A stretch of DNA of 64,000 bases from a virus (IMGVR_UViG_3300044695_006401), one strand, 5' to 3'. Positions 18,702-28,971 are shown, counted from the stretch's first letter. Notes: a model not told the origin generated them from the sequence alone. A program made the numbers and translations.

Positions 18702-19514
18702 ATGGAAAAAAATAAATTTGATGTTTCGGTAATCTTACCAGTAAATACATCTATGACAAAAGATTTTGAAGACTTATTCAGTAAGTCAGTTAAATCAGTA
18801 GAAAACCAAATTATTGGTATAACTGAATTAATCGTAGTACACTCAACCGAAGAAAAATTAAAGTCGTTTTTACAATCATATGATTTTAATGGTATTAATG
18901 TAAAATTAGTAGAGAACAATGGTTCATTTGATTTTGCATCTCAGGTAAATTTAGGAGTTAATGAATCGAACGGTGAATGGGTTTCTATTTTAGAGTTTGA
19001 TGATGAGTATTCCTCAATATGGTTTAAAAGTGTAGATAGATATGTAAAATCATATGGTAATGAGGTTGATGCGTATCTTCCGTTGGTTATTGATATTGAC
19101 GATAAAGGGGTGTTCGCAGGGTTTACTAATGAAGCAACTTTCGCAGTAAGCATGAATTCGGAAATGGGAATCCTTAGTAACGACTTATTAATGACATACC
19201 AAAACTTCCAATCAAGTGGTATGGTTATAAGAAAAAATACTTTTAATGAAAATGGTGGTTTCAAACCTTCAATTAAGTTAACTTTTGTATATGAGTTCCT
19301 TTTAAGATTGACATACAACTCAGCTAAAATAATGACAATTCCAAGAATTGGTTACAAACATATGAACATGAGAGAAGGGTCTATTTTTTGGAATTACAAA
19401 TATGGTCAACCTAGTCTGACTGAGAACGAAATTAAATTTTGGTTAGAGTCGGCAAAGAAAGAACATTTTTTCACTTCTGATAGAGAAATAAAATATGTAT
19501 CAGAAACGGTTTAA
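18702..19514 (+). CDS. GT2 glycosyltransferase
   Basis: VSVILPV, VNLGV, WVSILEFDD, YEFLLRL. Confidence 0.78.
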   Translation: MEKNKFDVSVILPVNTSMTKDFEDLFSKSVKSVENQIIGITELIVVHSTEEKLKSFLQSYDFNGINVKLVENNGSFDFASQVNLGVNESNGEWVSILEFDDEYSSIWFKSVDRYVKSYGNEVDAYLPLVIDIDDKGVFAGFTNEATFAVSMNSEMGILSNDLLMTYQNFQSSGMVIRKNTFNENGGFKPSIKLTFVYEFLLRLTYNSAKIMTIPRIGYKHMNMREGSIFWNYKYGQPSLTENEIKFWLESAKKEHFFTSDREIKYVSETV

Positions 19515-20257
19515 TGTCATTAGGTGTTGAATCAATCAATCCACAAGACGAAAAGCAAAAGACGAAAGCAAAAAATAAAAATTATTTTGATGTTCGTGAA
19601 GAAGAAGCGGTTAAAAATTATATAGTTGCCGAAACTTACGAGGAAAAAGAAAAAATATATAATACATACCTTCGTGAACCACTCGACAAAATGATCGAGT
19701 CTATTATACGAAGGTATAAATTATATAGAAAAGACATGGATTATAATGATGTACATAGTGATACTCATTCATTTTTAATGACCAAAGTGGATAAATTCAA
19801 ACCCGCTAAAAATAAAAAAGCATATTCATATTTTGGTACGATTTGTAAAAATTATCTAATGGGCCAAATTTTAAAAGACCAAAAAGAAACCAATCGTAAA
19901 ATTTCATATGAAGACATTTCCTCAACTTTAGAAAATAGACCCGATATGGTTTATTACATGGAGTTTGAAAAAATAGACGCCGAAAAAATTATAGCGATCT
20001 TTTTAAAAGACCTCAAATTATATGTATCAACAAATGTTGATAATGAGAACGAACTAAAATTAGGGTACGCTCTAATAGAGCTTTTTGATAATTATGGGAA
20101 TATTTTTATTGGTAATGATAACAATAAATTTAATAAAAATATAGTGTTGCTGTCGTTAAGAGAAATGACAAATTTGAACACAAAAGAGATTAGAATTTAC
20201 TTGAAAAAATTCAAAGTTTTATACTTAGAGACACTGAAAAAGATTCATAATGAATAA
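19514..20257 (+). CDS. phage sigma factor (T4 gp55-like, sigma region 2)
   Basis: KVDKFKPAKNKKAYSYFGTICKNYL resembles sigma region 2.2-2.4 and the gp55 A(F/Y)xYF motif. It lies directly before the structural genes. Confidence 0.6.
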   Translation: MSLGVESINPQDEKQKTKAKNKNYFDVREEEAVKNYIVAETYEEKEKIYNTYLREPLDKMIESIIRRYKLYRKDMDYNDVHSDTHSFLMTKVDKFKPAKNKKAYSYFGTICKNYLMGQILKDQKETNRKISYEDISSTLENRPDMVYYMEFEKIDAEKIIAIFLKDLKLYVSTNVDNENELKLGYALIELFDNYGNIFIGNDNNKFNKNIVLLSLREMTNLNTKEIRIYLKKFKVLYLETLKKIHNE

Positions 20258-20269
20258 TTAAGTTAATAA

Positions 20270-20276
20270 TATTTAT
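20270..20276 (+). promoter_or_regulatory. putative late promoter motif TATTTAT
   Basis: Sits 4 nt upstream of ATG 20281; the motif recurs on the sense strand before many structural genes. Confidence 0.5.
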
Positions 20277-20280
20277 TATT

Positions 20281-20646
20281 ATGAACAGACAAAGAAAAAA
20301 AGAAATACTACTCAACAAAGACTCCGTTTTGGGGTTAATGCAAGAAATCTATAACGAATTAGTTGAGCAAAGATCTACAGCGATAAGAATACAAAATAAA
20401 ATGTTAGGTCTTTTGAAAGACGCCGAAGACATGACAGTAATTGGACCGGTTATCAAAGAACAACAAAAAATAATTAATGATACCATAGAAAAGAAATTGT
20501 CTTTGTCAAAATTACAATCATCTATATGGGAAAAGTCAAACAATAGTAAAGAAGATTCATTCACATTATCAGACATGGATGAAGACACTTTACAAACTCT
20601 TATATCAAAAGATGTAAGTAAAGATTCTGATAAGTACAAACTTTAA
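20281..20646 (+). CDS. hypothetical helical protein
   Basis: 121-aa ORF with a coiled-coil-like pattern. Confidence 0.8.
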   Translation: MNRQRKKEILLNKDSVLGLMQEIYNELVEQRSTAIRIQNKMLGLLKDAEDMTVIGPVIKEQQKIINDTIEKKLSLSKLQSSIWEKSNNSKEDSFTLSDMDEDTLQTLISKDVSKDSDKYKL

Positions 20647-20648
20647 TA

Positions 20649-22595
20649 ATGGGCATAGACAACAGTAAAGATAAGGAAAAGATTAATGATAAGATAAACG
20701 CTTATAAAACTGTCGCTGCCGAAAAAAAAAGAAAAAGGGATCAAAAGAGATTAGCCAATATCAAAGAAAGGGAAGACAAGAAGACTAAAAGAACTCAGGC
20801 AGTAAACGAAGCAAAAGATAAAGTTAAAGATACTGTCGATAATTTATCTAATGTACTTCAAGACCTATTCGAAATATTCAAAGAGGTACTACCTAGTTCT
20901 CAAAATATCAATAACAGGTTGGGGTCCTTAGGCGTTTTAGGGGAGGTTTTTTTACAGGCCGCAGAAAACACAAAATCAAGAATGGTAGAAATTCTAGTTG
21001 AAGAAATGTTATCGACTTTAGGGTGTTCTGAAAACCAAACATTTGATGCATATATTAATGTACCAATTTATATTGAGGTTAAATCTGTAGACTTATTTAA
21101 AATATTAAAAAAAGACCCTACAGACCCTATAGTAAAGTTTTCTTATGAAAAGGAAGCAACTCAAAATGGTACAATACCATATTCTATGAATTTGGAACTA
21201 TACAAAAGGTTGCAGTCCTCGACCAGCTTTCAACAAGATTATGGTAATGGGTTTATTGGATCTTCTGGACAACAACTTTTTGATATACAATATGTGACAT
21301 CTTATGTAACAAACCAGCAAACAATAACTGGAGATTTTTTCAAAATTACACTTCTACAACAAACAAATACTAAAACAGTAAGTAATTTCTTATTTGATTA
21401 TTTCACAAGTATTGAAATTTTTAATTTAGATACCTTAAGTTCAAATATATTGAACTACTTACTTGGGTGTTTCAATATCGAATCCCCTAATGAAGAAGTG
21501 ACCGACTTAGAAACATTCATTTCATTCTTGTTACGGATTATGGGAATATGTACCGACCCATCTAAAAAGATAGATGTTTCCGGTACTGCAAAAATTCCTG
21601 AATTAGATAATATAAATGAAGATTTTTTTGAAGTTAGTAATTTACAAAGAAGGAATATTGAAAATCGTGTTAATTTAATCACTTCAGGTCTTATAGAATT
21701 TGAAAGTTGTGATTCAGTTCTCTTACCTGTAAACCAACAGGCAGCCATTAACATATTAAATGATATTGTATCGTTTAATGATGTACCGGACAAAATTAAC
21801 GGGTTACTTAACGGTTTAGGTGATATTGCAAATGATAATAATTGGCAGGGGTTTAATATACCAACATTGAACATTAATGCAGAAATGCTTACAAAATTGA
21901 TTTTAAATTTACCACACATACTGTTTCAAACAATTTTATCACCAAAAGTAATGTTAGGATTTTTAATTATGGTCAAATCTATACTTTATGGTTTTGATAC
22001 TGCTGTGAATAATTTAGTTGAATTTATTAAAAAATACTCGAAATTAGTAGTTAACACAATGAGAAGAATCTTTTCAATATTTGTTGAGGAGTTATTTGCA
22101 ATTATTAAAAAAGAAATTAAAAAACTTGTTGAGTCACTTTTATTGGATATTATAAATGAAGCCAAGGACAAACAAATCGCGATGTATTCAACAATCGTTT
22201 ATGTAATATTACAACTCGCACAAGCGGTAATTGATTTCAGAAATTGTAAAAGTATTTTAGATGAAATACTTAAACTATTAAATTTAGGTTTGTCACAATT
22301 AAATTTGGGTCTACCCATGTTCGCATTAGCGGCATCCAAGTTACTTGGAGGTGTGTCCGACACACGAGCTTACGCAAATGCGATTGAGAATTTACAAAAG
22401 GCAGGTATACCCACAGACGATAATGGCGACGGAACACCAAATCTAATGAATCAAATGTTAGAGGGGTTAGTAAAAGGTATGAATAAGGAACAAACTGAGA
22501 ATGGAAAAACTGAAATTTATATTCCACCATTAACTGTAGTATCTCTAGGTGCAGGTACTACAAAACCAGCAAAAGGATATGGAAAGTCATACTAA
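20649..22595 (+). CDS. hypothetical protein, probably structural (tail/baseplate region)
   Basis: 648-aa ORF between the late-motif gene and the gp5-like gene; function not recognised. Confidence 0.75.
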   Translation: MGIDNSKDKEKINDKINAYKTVAAEKKRKRDQKRLANIKEREDKKTKRTQAVNEAKDKVKDTVDNLSNVLQDLFEIFKEVLPSSQNINNRLGSLGVLGEVFLQAAENTKSRMVEILVEEMLSTLGCSENQTFDAYINVPIYIEVKSVDLFKILKKDPTDPIVKFSYEKEATQNGTIPYSMNLELYKRLQSSTSFQQDYGNGFIGSSGQQLFDIQYVTSYVTNQQTITGDFFKITLLQQTNTKTVSNFLFDYFTSIEIFNLDTLSSNILNYLLGCFNIESPNEEVTDLETFISFLLRIMGICTDPSKKIDVSGTAKIPELDNINEDFFEVSNLQRRNIENRVNLITSGLIEFESCDSVLLPVNQQAAINILNDIVSFNDVPDKINGLLNGLGDIANDNNWQGFNIPTLNINAEMLTKLILNLPHILFQTILSPKVMLGFLIMVKSILYGFDTAVNNLVEFIKKYSKLVVNTMRRIFSIFVEELFAIIKKEIKKLVESLLLDIINEAKDKQIAMYSTIVYVILQLAQAVIDFRNCKSILDEILKLLNLGLSQLNLGLPMFALAASKLLGGVSDTRAYANAIENLQKAGIPTDDNGDGTPNLMNQMLEGLVKGMNKEQTENGKTEIYIPPLTVVSLGAGTTKPAKGYGKSY

Positions 22596-22800
22596 AAAAG
22601 ATTCTGACAAAATATTAGAAATTCTGATGGATTATAAAAATTCATCAAATAAAGATTTAGAATTTGCCTTAGATTTTATTGCAAAAGATTTTTATAAAAC
22701 AAGAGATTTAATTGTGAAACTAACAAAACATTTAGATTCTTCTGAAAACAGTTATAATAAATTAAAAGAAGAGTACAAAAAAAGAATGAATAATGTCTAA
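22579..22800 (+). CDS. small coiled-coil hypothetical protein
   Basis: ORF track start is 22549; ATG 22579 overlaps the upstream gene end and the stop overlaps the next start. Confidence 0.6.
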   Translation: MESHTKKDSDKILEILMDYKNSSNKDLEFALDFIAKDFYKTRDLIVKLTKHLDSSENSYNKLKEEYKKRMNNV

Positions 22801-24382
22801 CGAAAATTTCAAACCAACAACAGATAGTTACCAATACGAGATGACTCGTAATTTTTACTGGGGAGAAGTTTTACCTGGTGGAACAAACGACCCATTGATG
22901 TTAGGTAGAATACGAGTTTCTGCTCTCGATGAAACTTATGACCAAAGAATAAAGGCTGCGAAAAACTTTGATCCAGATGGTTTATCCGATATTAACGGTC
23001 CTTGGTCAAAAGAAGATCCTTTCATTTATTTACCGTTTTTACCATTTTTTATCAATCAAATACCACAAGAAAATGAGAGAGTTATGTTATTCTTTTTTGA
23101 TAGGAGAAGAAGGACGGGTAGAAATAAATTTTACATGGTTGCCACTTACTCATCTCCACTTACTATCGGTTATGAAAATAGTAAATCATCAAGAACTCAT
23201 TTAGATGATGGGTATGCTAATTCACAACAAAGTATTCCCCCTATTAAAAATCCTGACGGTACTTACAAAAATCCCGAACAAAATAGTGGTATTTTCGCAG
23301 AACCAATAGATATTTCAATACAGGGTAGAGACACATCAGATATTATTTTAAAAAAGAATGACTTACTTTTAAGATCCGGCAAACATTTACCATTCGAAAA
23401 AGGACAGATTCCCGCATTAAATAATAAAAGGGCTTTTATTCAAATGTCTAAGTTTGATAAAAAAATAACTTTTGGTGAAGAGCAAAGATTACAAAGAATA
23501 AATCAAAGAACCGAATATATTAAATTTATTGTTGAGTATTATTGTATAACTCCAAATGTTGCACCGAATATTGATGTATTCACTGGTGGTGTTTACATAT
23601 ACCAAATACCTGAAGACATAAAACCTTACGAACTTAAAGTGGGTGTTTTTGATGTAGGCACAAACTATACAGGAACCACTAATTTAATTTATAGTAGACA
23701 GATTATCGCACAATCCATGGATAATTTTGCACTTACTGTAAATCAAGTGGTAAAAGATTTCAAAGATAGTCCACAAACACTAACAAGTGTAAAAGATGGT
23801 GATCAGTTTGTTTTTTATTATAGACCTGATTTTGCAATACGAGAAACTGTAAGCAACTTCACGGGAAATATTGATGTTATGTCAATAACAAATATGTCAA
23901 CACTTATGTCAAAAGTTTATGCTTCTGCATCTGATGTTATTACAGGATATGGTTTAGTTATTAATAAAGATCTTGATAAAGACTTACCAACTGAGGTGAT
24001 TAACGAAAACCAAAGAGAAGTTACAGTAGAAAATATAAATTATACTACCAATCTTATAGGTGCCGATAGTTTATATTTACTTTCACACGACACAAAAATT
24101 CCAGGAAAAGACAAGGTAAATTTAGAAAATACTCTTTACGGTATAGGTCCTGAATTAGTATCTAATAACATTGACCCCAACACATCCTCCATGGTGAGGG
24201 GTGACGAGCTCATGGATTTATTACAATTAATTGTAAAGTTTTTAGTTACCCATGACCACCCATACCCAATGTTACCCCCAACACCTGTTAGTAAAGCTTC
24301 AGGTATACAAGTTAATCAAGTCTTAACTAAATTAGAAGAAGCATACGAGAAAGTTTTAAATAAAAAAATTCGAATTAATTAA
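22793..24382 (+). CDS. baseplate hub/spike protein (gp5/VgrG-like N-terminal OB fold)
   Basis: WGEV...DPLMLGRIRV...FINQIPQENERV is OB-fold-like; the C-terminal THDHPY has the H-x-H metal motif of spike tips. Confidence 0.6.
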   Translation: MSNENFKPTTDSYQYEMTRNFYWGEVLPGGTNDPLMLGRIRVSALDETYDQRIKAAKNFDPDGLSDINGPWSKEDPFIYLPFLPFFINQIPQENERVMLFFFDRRRRTGRNKFYMVATYSSPLTIGYENSKSSRTHLDDGYANSQQSIPPIKNPDGTYKNPEQNSGIFAEPIDISIQGRDTSDIILKKNDLLLRSGKHLPFEKGQIPALNNKRAFIQMSKFDKKITFGEEQRLQRINQRTEYIKFIVEYYCITPNVAPNIDVFTGGVYIYQIPEDIKPYELKVGVFDVGTNYTGTTNLIYSRQIIAQSMDNFALTVNQVVKDFKDSPQTLTSVKDGDQFVFYYRPDFAIRETVSNFTGNIDVMSITNMSTLMSKVYASASDVITGYGLVINKDLDKDLPTEVINENQREVTVENINYTTNLIGADSLYLLSHDTKIPGKDKVNLENTLYGIGPELVSNNIDPNTSSMVRGDELMDLLQLIVKFLVTHDHPYPMLPPTPVSKASGIQVNQVLTKLEEAYEKVLNKKIRIN

Positions 24383-24383
24383 G

Positions 24384-24390
24384 TATTTAT
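24384..24390 (+). promoter_or_regulatory. putative late promoter motif TATTTAT
   Basis: GTATTTATAG, 13 nt upstream of ATG 24404. Confidence 0.5.
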
Positions 24391-24403
24391 AGATAAAAGT
24401 AAA

Positions 24404-25882
24404 ATGTCTATATATAAGTCTTATTTTAGTAAATCTAATACTCTAATATATAATTCATACACCAATACGGCAAGAAATCCGATTGTTGAATTATTCTATG
24501 GTAGAGTGGATAATCTTAGTGTGCCGGTTGGTTATAGTAGATACATTTTTGATATCGATCTTACTAATTTGACTAATCATATTCAATCATCGGTAATTTC
24601 TACGGGTTGTACTTCCGCAATGACACATACATTAAAAATGACAAATACTTCATTTTTTGATAATGAGTTATTAAATAGTAAAACATCACAAGGAAGAAGA
24701 AGGGCCACATCATTTGATTTAGTTTTATTTAGAATACCTAAATATTCAGGAACTACCGGTGTTCCACAACAATGGGACAGTGGTGTTGGTTATGATTACT
24801 ATGATTTTGGGGTGACGGATTTAAATGATAGACCTTTTTCTGATAGACCGTCCAATTGGTTTCAGACAACCACACTTTCAGGATGGTCATACAATGGAAT
24901 CTATAATAATACTAATTCATTAACAGGTACAACAGGTTTAAATTTCTCAGGTCTCACTATAGTAGACAGACAACATTTTGAATTTGGAAATGAAAACATT
25001 GAGTTTGATATGACTCAAGAAATCAATGGTATTATTCATGGTACAATTACAGGCACTACAGGTTGGGGTATTGCATTTTATCCGCAATTAGAAAATATCA
25101 CAGGATTAACTGAAAACTATTCTGTTGGGTTTTTCTCCCCTCATACACAAACATTTTATGAACCATATTTAGAGACTTCTTATGATGATTTAATTATCGA
25201 CCAACGAAACCAATTCTATTCAGGTAATAATAATGATCTATTTTTATATGTTTATGAAAATGGTAACTACATTAACTTAGACCAAGACCCACTTGTAAAC
25301 ATCATAGATGGTGCTGGTGAACCTGTAAGTGGTTTCACAGGACTTTCTACCTGTTTAGTAACGAAAGGTGTTTACAAGGTAACTATTTCAGGGTTAACGG
25401 CGAATACAGTTCCGTGTGTGTTCTACGATGTGTGGAGTGGATTAAGTGTGAACAATGTTGAAATCCCTGATGTCGAAAATGAATTTATTCTTTTGAAGAA
25501 ATATGGTAATATCAAAATAGGAACTACCACTGAAACCCCTAAGTTATATGGGTTCTCTTTTGATGGGATTAAACAAAACGAAAAGGTTTTAAACACGGAT
25601 GTTAGAAAAGTAAATATAACCATCAAGAAGGCTTACACATCGAACCAACCATTAGATAACATAGAAGCATATTACAGAATATATGTAAGAGAGGGAGCAA
25701 ACACTGAGGTTCAGGTTCAAGATTGGACAAGAATAAACCAAACAACAGATGGTTACTATTTCATGTTTGATACAACCGATAAGATACCTAATGAATATTT
25801 TGTGGATATAAAAGTAAATTCTGATAGAAATATCGATACATATAAAAGGGAACTTCAGTTCCAAATTGTAAATAAAAAATAA
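24404..25882 (+). CDS. putative virion structural protein (beta-rich)
   Basis: 492 aa, T/S/G/Y-rich, with 11 [ST]-G-x-[TS] motifs and an upstream late motif. Confidence 0.7.
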   Translation: MSIYKSYFSKSNTLIYNSYTNTARNPIVELFYGRVDNLSVPVGYSRYIFDIDLTNLTNHIQSSVISTGCTSAMTHTLKMTNTSFFDNELLNSKTSQGRRRATSFDLVLFRIPKYSGTTGVPQQWDSGVGYDYYDFGVTDLNDRPFSDRPSNWFQTTTLSGWSYNGIYNNTNSLTGTTGLNFSGLTIVDRQHFEFGNENIEFDMTQEINGIIHGTITGTTGWGIAFYPQLENITGLTENYSVGFFSPHTQTFYEPYLETSYDDLIIDQRNQFYSGNNNDLFLYVYENGNYINLDQDPLVNIIDGAGEPVSGFTGLSTCLVTKGVYKVTISGLTANTVPCVFYDVWSGLSVNNVEIPDVENEFILLKKYGNIKIGTTTETPKLYGFSFDGIKQNEKVLNTDVRKVNITIKKAYTSNQPLDNIEAYYRIYVREGANTEVQVQDWTRINQTTDGYYFMFDTTDKIPNEYFVDIKVNSDRNIDTYKRELQFQIVNKK

Positions 25883-25884
25883 TT

Positions 25885-26352
25885 ATGGGCAACATAGAAA
25901 GAATAATAAGAAAAGTATTAAATGAAGATCATAGAATGAACAATTCAAGATACATGTTTTTTTCTAATTTACAACAGATGAGAAGACAATGTGATCTATT
26001 GTTAGATTTAGACCCAAACATGGTGGAGAGTATTTTAGAAAATGGTCACGATTGGGCCCAAGATCATATCGCAGAGGCTAAAAACAACATGGATCAAGTT
26101 TTTGATTTTTTGATGAATGAATCAAAAAAAGATGGTATGGAACTTTCTATGAATATCGATGACGAGGATATGATGATGATTGAGGGTAGAAAAAAAACAG
26201 GGACTAAACTTTGTGCAAGAGGTAAGTCGGCAGCTAAAGCAAAATATGATGTGTATCCTTCAGCTTATGCCAATGGGTACGCAATACAAGTATGTAAAGG
26301 AAAAATAAAAGGACTTGATGGTCAAAAAAGATGTTCAGGAACTTATTGTTAA
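25885..26352 (+). CDS. hypothetical protein with leader-like N-terminus and basic Cys-containing C-terminal module
   Basis: Starts MGNIERIIRKVLNE; ends KLCARGK...YPSAYANGYAIQVCKG...RC...C. Confidence 0.75.
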   Translation: MGNIERIIRKVLNEDHRMNNSRYMFFSNLQQMRRQCDLLLDLDPNMVESILENGHDWAQDHIAEAKNNMDQVFDFLMNESKKDGMELSMNIDDEDMMMIEGRKKTGTKLCARGKSAAKAKYDVYPSAYANGYAIQVCKGKIKGLDGQKRCSGTYC

Positions 26353-27074
26353 AGTGAACTTAAAATATTTTTAATAATTTTTTCTAAGGACTCATTTTGG
26401 GTCCTTTTGTTTTTTGGTTTGTATGATGTCATAATTGGTTTTTGACCTTTACCTGTTTGGGTGTCTTTTTTCTCGGCCTTTCTTTTTTGTTGGCAAGCGG
26501 CCTTTTTAGCCGAATCACTCATTTTACCAGCAACACCAGCTGCCCTACACTTAGGATAAGCACCTTTAGATGTGTCAGGTCTTCCACATGGTGGGTGTTT
26601 ACCATCTACTTTTCTACATATGTTAACCCATGGTCCTTTTGGTTGTTTTGATCCTTTAGGTTTTTTCTTTGTTCCAAACCAAACCGCCAAATCTTCATTT
26701 AAATTAATTTTATCTAATTCCACCCATTCTTTAATCGGTACTATATTTGTATTTTTTCCAGGAAACCGATTTATTGGGTTACCTTCGGTATCACTAAAAG
26801 TTGATTGGGGGTTATTTTTAATATAGTTATAGATTTTTTTTGCAATTTTTTCTTTCTTACCTATTTGTTTTTTACTTCTTTCCATTTTTCCATCATATGA
26901 ATCATATTCTAAATCAGGACTTTTATAGTCCGAAACATTTTCGGTAAACGGACCTAAATCTTTCTTTTTAAAATATCTAATTCCTGATTGTAAACGACCG
27001 ACATAACTTCCTCTTGACCCTGTATTTGTTGAGGTAACTTCGTTTAATAAAAAAAACTTTTCTTGTTGGTTCAT
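26349..27074 (-). CDS. hypothetical basic protein with a Cys-containing module
   Basis: 241 aa; EDLAVWFG...PWVNICRK...PCGRP...YPKCR...ACQQKR; late motif 4 nt upstream. Confidence 0.75.
   Translation of the reverse strand: MNQQEKFFLLNEVTSTNTGSRGSYVGRLQSGIRYFKKKDLGPFTENVSDYKSPDLEYDSYDGKMERSKKQIGKKEKIAKKIYNYIKNNPQSTFSDTEGNPINRFPGKNTNIVPIKEWVELDKINLNEDLAVWFGTKKKPKGSKQPKGPWVNICRKVDGKHPPCGRPDTSKGAYPKCRAAGVAGKMSDSAKKAACQQKRKAEKKDTQTGKGQKPIMTSYKPKNKRTQNESLEKIIKNILSSL
26386..26415 (+). terminator. putative terminator of the + strand structural operon, inside the convergent gene
   Basis: AAGGACTCA-TTT-TGGGTCCTT hairpin followed by TTGTTTTTT. Confidence 0.45.
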
Positions 27075-27078
27075 AACA

Positions 27079-27085
27079 ATAAATA
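27079..27085 (-). promoter_or_regulatory. putative late promoter motif TATTTAT
   Basis: ATAAATA on +, 4 nt upstream of the 27074 start. Confidence 0.5.
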
Positions 27086-27095
27086 TCTTTAAAAT

Positions 27096-27124
27096 AAAAA
27101 AGGTCAGATTTCTCTGACCTTTTT
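27096..27124 (-). terminator. Rho-independent terminator after the major capsid gene
   Basis: On the - strand AGGTCAGA-GAAA-TCTGACCT followed by TTTTT; A/T runs flank both sides. Confidence 0.85.
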
Positions 27125-27144
27125 CTTATTCATTATTTAATTGA

Positions 27145-28971
27145 TTATCTCAATTCTCTTAAGTCAAATGTTCTAACTCCATCAACTGTGATTCTACCAT
27201 AGAAACGGTTGTTAACCATTTTCTTAGCGTATCTTGTCATGATACCTTTGATTGGTGTAAAGTTGAATGGGTTATACATTGTAGGTGTTAATTGTAGAGG
27301 TACATACGGTGCGTAAACATAACCAGTGTCTAACAATGATGTTCCTTTGTGACCCAACAATACTGTGTTTGGTGGGAAGTAAGGATCACGGTAAACTTGG
27401 TAACGACCAGCTAATGTACCAACTCTTTCAATACCCATGTTGTATTGATCTTGCTCCGGTGAAGCGTTAGATACATGGAAGTATTCTAAGTCATCAAAAA
27501 TAGCTGAAATTTCAGAAGAAACTACGATCCAGTTAGCTCCACCTCTCAAAGTAGATTTGTGGATTTGTGCCGAAATTTGGTTAATCGCAGTGATTAATGT
27601 TTGGTTCCAGTCTTTTTGAGTGTACTGAGTTAATGGATTTGCAGTAGTACCTCTTTTCCATCCGTTGTAATCCCAACGAAGTGTCCAAGCTGCGCCTTTT
27701 CTCAAATCACGAAGAATTTCACGATCAATTTCTGCCGCCACTTGCTCAGATAATAAAGCTGTTAATTCAGCTTCAGCATCGATATTGTGGAATGCAGATA
27801 CATCTTGAGCTAATTCAGGAGACCATTGTGCTCTTAGTTTTCTTTCTGTAACAGATACAGTAACTGACTCAAGGTCAAAAGATACTTCACCGATCTCATC
27901 TTCGAATTCCAATTCTTTGTATCTTCTGAATGTACATGTAAACGCAGCTCCTGCAGTGGCAAGACCAGTAATTGGTAAAGTGAACCCTGAATATCCGTCA
28001 ATTGAACCTGTACCGATAGTTGCAGGAACTTGTAGATCCAACTCTAAATAGATGATACCATCTTGTGAACAAAGGTTATCATAAGAACCTCCGTTACCTG
28101 TAGATGACCAAGTTGTATTTGCTTGTGTACCATATTGTACAATACCTTTACCATATTTTTGAGTAACAACTCTGAAAAGAATATCACTAGTACCTAAACC
28201 TGAGAAACCATTAACACCCGCTTGTACAGCATTTACTTGTAAGTCAGATAAGAATGCTTCATTATCCATTTCCTGACCATCAGGTCCAATTAATTTACCA
28301 GCACCCGCATTAGAGAAACCTGATAAACCGATTAATACTTTTCTGTACTCACCTGCTGAATAACCAGAAGACACTAAATTGTAACCATTCCAAACTACAG
28401 TGCCAACAGCACTTGAAGTAATTGCCGTATAAGCTCCTTTTGAATAGTCAAATAAACCTGCAGGATCTAATCCTGGCTCATTTCCTTCATAGAATAAGTC
28501 ATACAAGTTAGTACCACCGTATGTACTAGTTGATCCGTAACCTTGTCCTTGAGTTGCAGTAGCATCACCTACTAAAGTAGCGGGTGAACCAAGTGGTGGA
28601 AAGTGTTGTATTTGGTTATTAGCTGCCGCTTGGTAACCTTGGATTTTAGGTACAAAGTAGAACAATTTACCGATAGGTAAGTTCATTGCTTGTACAGATA
28701 CTAAATCATTAGCTAACAATTTAGAGAATACGCGTCTTACGATAGGGAAAACTACAGTTTCGAATGAACCTGAGCTATCAGTTGAAGCCGCTTCGTTAAT
28801 AAGGTGAGATGCTTGGTTCTCATATAATTGAGCCATGTTCTCTTTAATGTGTCCTTTAAGACCATCTAGGAATCCTAATTTATCCCATTTGTTAATTGTA
28901 TCTTCTTTGATAACTTTAAGGTGTTTCAACCCGATGTTACCAACAAGACCTGATTCTAATAATGCTCCCAT
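27145..28971 (-). CDS. gp23: major capsid protein (T4 gp23-like) with a large internal insertion
   Basis: LVSVQAMNLPIGKLFY, RKLRAQWSPELAQDVSAFHNIDAEAELTALLSEQVAAEIDREI, YAPYVPL, GIMTRY. Confidence 0.95.
   Translation of the reverse strand: MGALLESGLVGNIGLKHLKVIKEDTINKWDKLGFLDGLKGHIKENMAQLYENQASHLINEAASTDSSGSFETVVFPIVRRVFSKLLANDLVSVQAMNLPIGKLFYFVPKIQGYQAAANNQIQHFPPLGSPATLVGDATATQGQGYGSTSTYGGTNLYDLFYEGNEPGLDPAGLFDYSKGAYTAITSSAVGTVVWNGYNLVSSGYSAGEYRKVLIGLSGFSNAGAGKLIGPDGQEMDNEAFLSDLQVNAVQAGVNGFSGLGTSDILFRVVTQKYGKGIVQYGTQANTTWSSTGNGGSYDNLCSQDGIIYLELDLQVPATIGTGSIDGYSGFTLPITGLATAGAAFTCTFRRYKELEFEDEIGEVSFDLESVTVSVTERKLRAQWSPELAQDVSAFHNIDAEAELTALLSEQVAAEIDREILRDLRKGAAWTLRWDYNGWKRGTTANPLTQYTQKDWNQTLITAINQISAQIHKSTLRGGANWIVVSSEISAIFDDLEYFHVSNASPEQDQYNMGIERVGTLAGRYQVYRDPYFPPNTVLLGHKGTSLLDTGYVYAPYVPLQLTPTMYNPFNFTPIKGIMTRYAKKMVNNRFYGRITVDGVRTFDLRELR

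Noticed and set aside
1028-19514. A bacterial O-antigen/capsule island, or a prophage boundary
   Set aside because: No wzx/wzy/wza or priming transferase, phage-type genes are interleaved, gene packing is continuous into the virion genes, and there is no integrase or att-like site.
22571-22581. AAAAGGA before ATG 22579 as a second SD
   Set aside because: The spacing is only 1 nt and the sequence is coding in the upstream gene.
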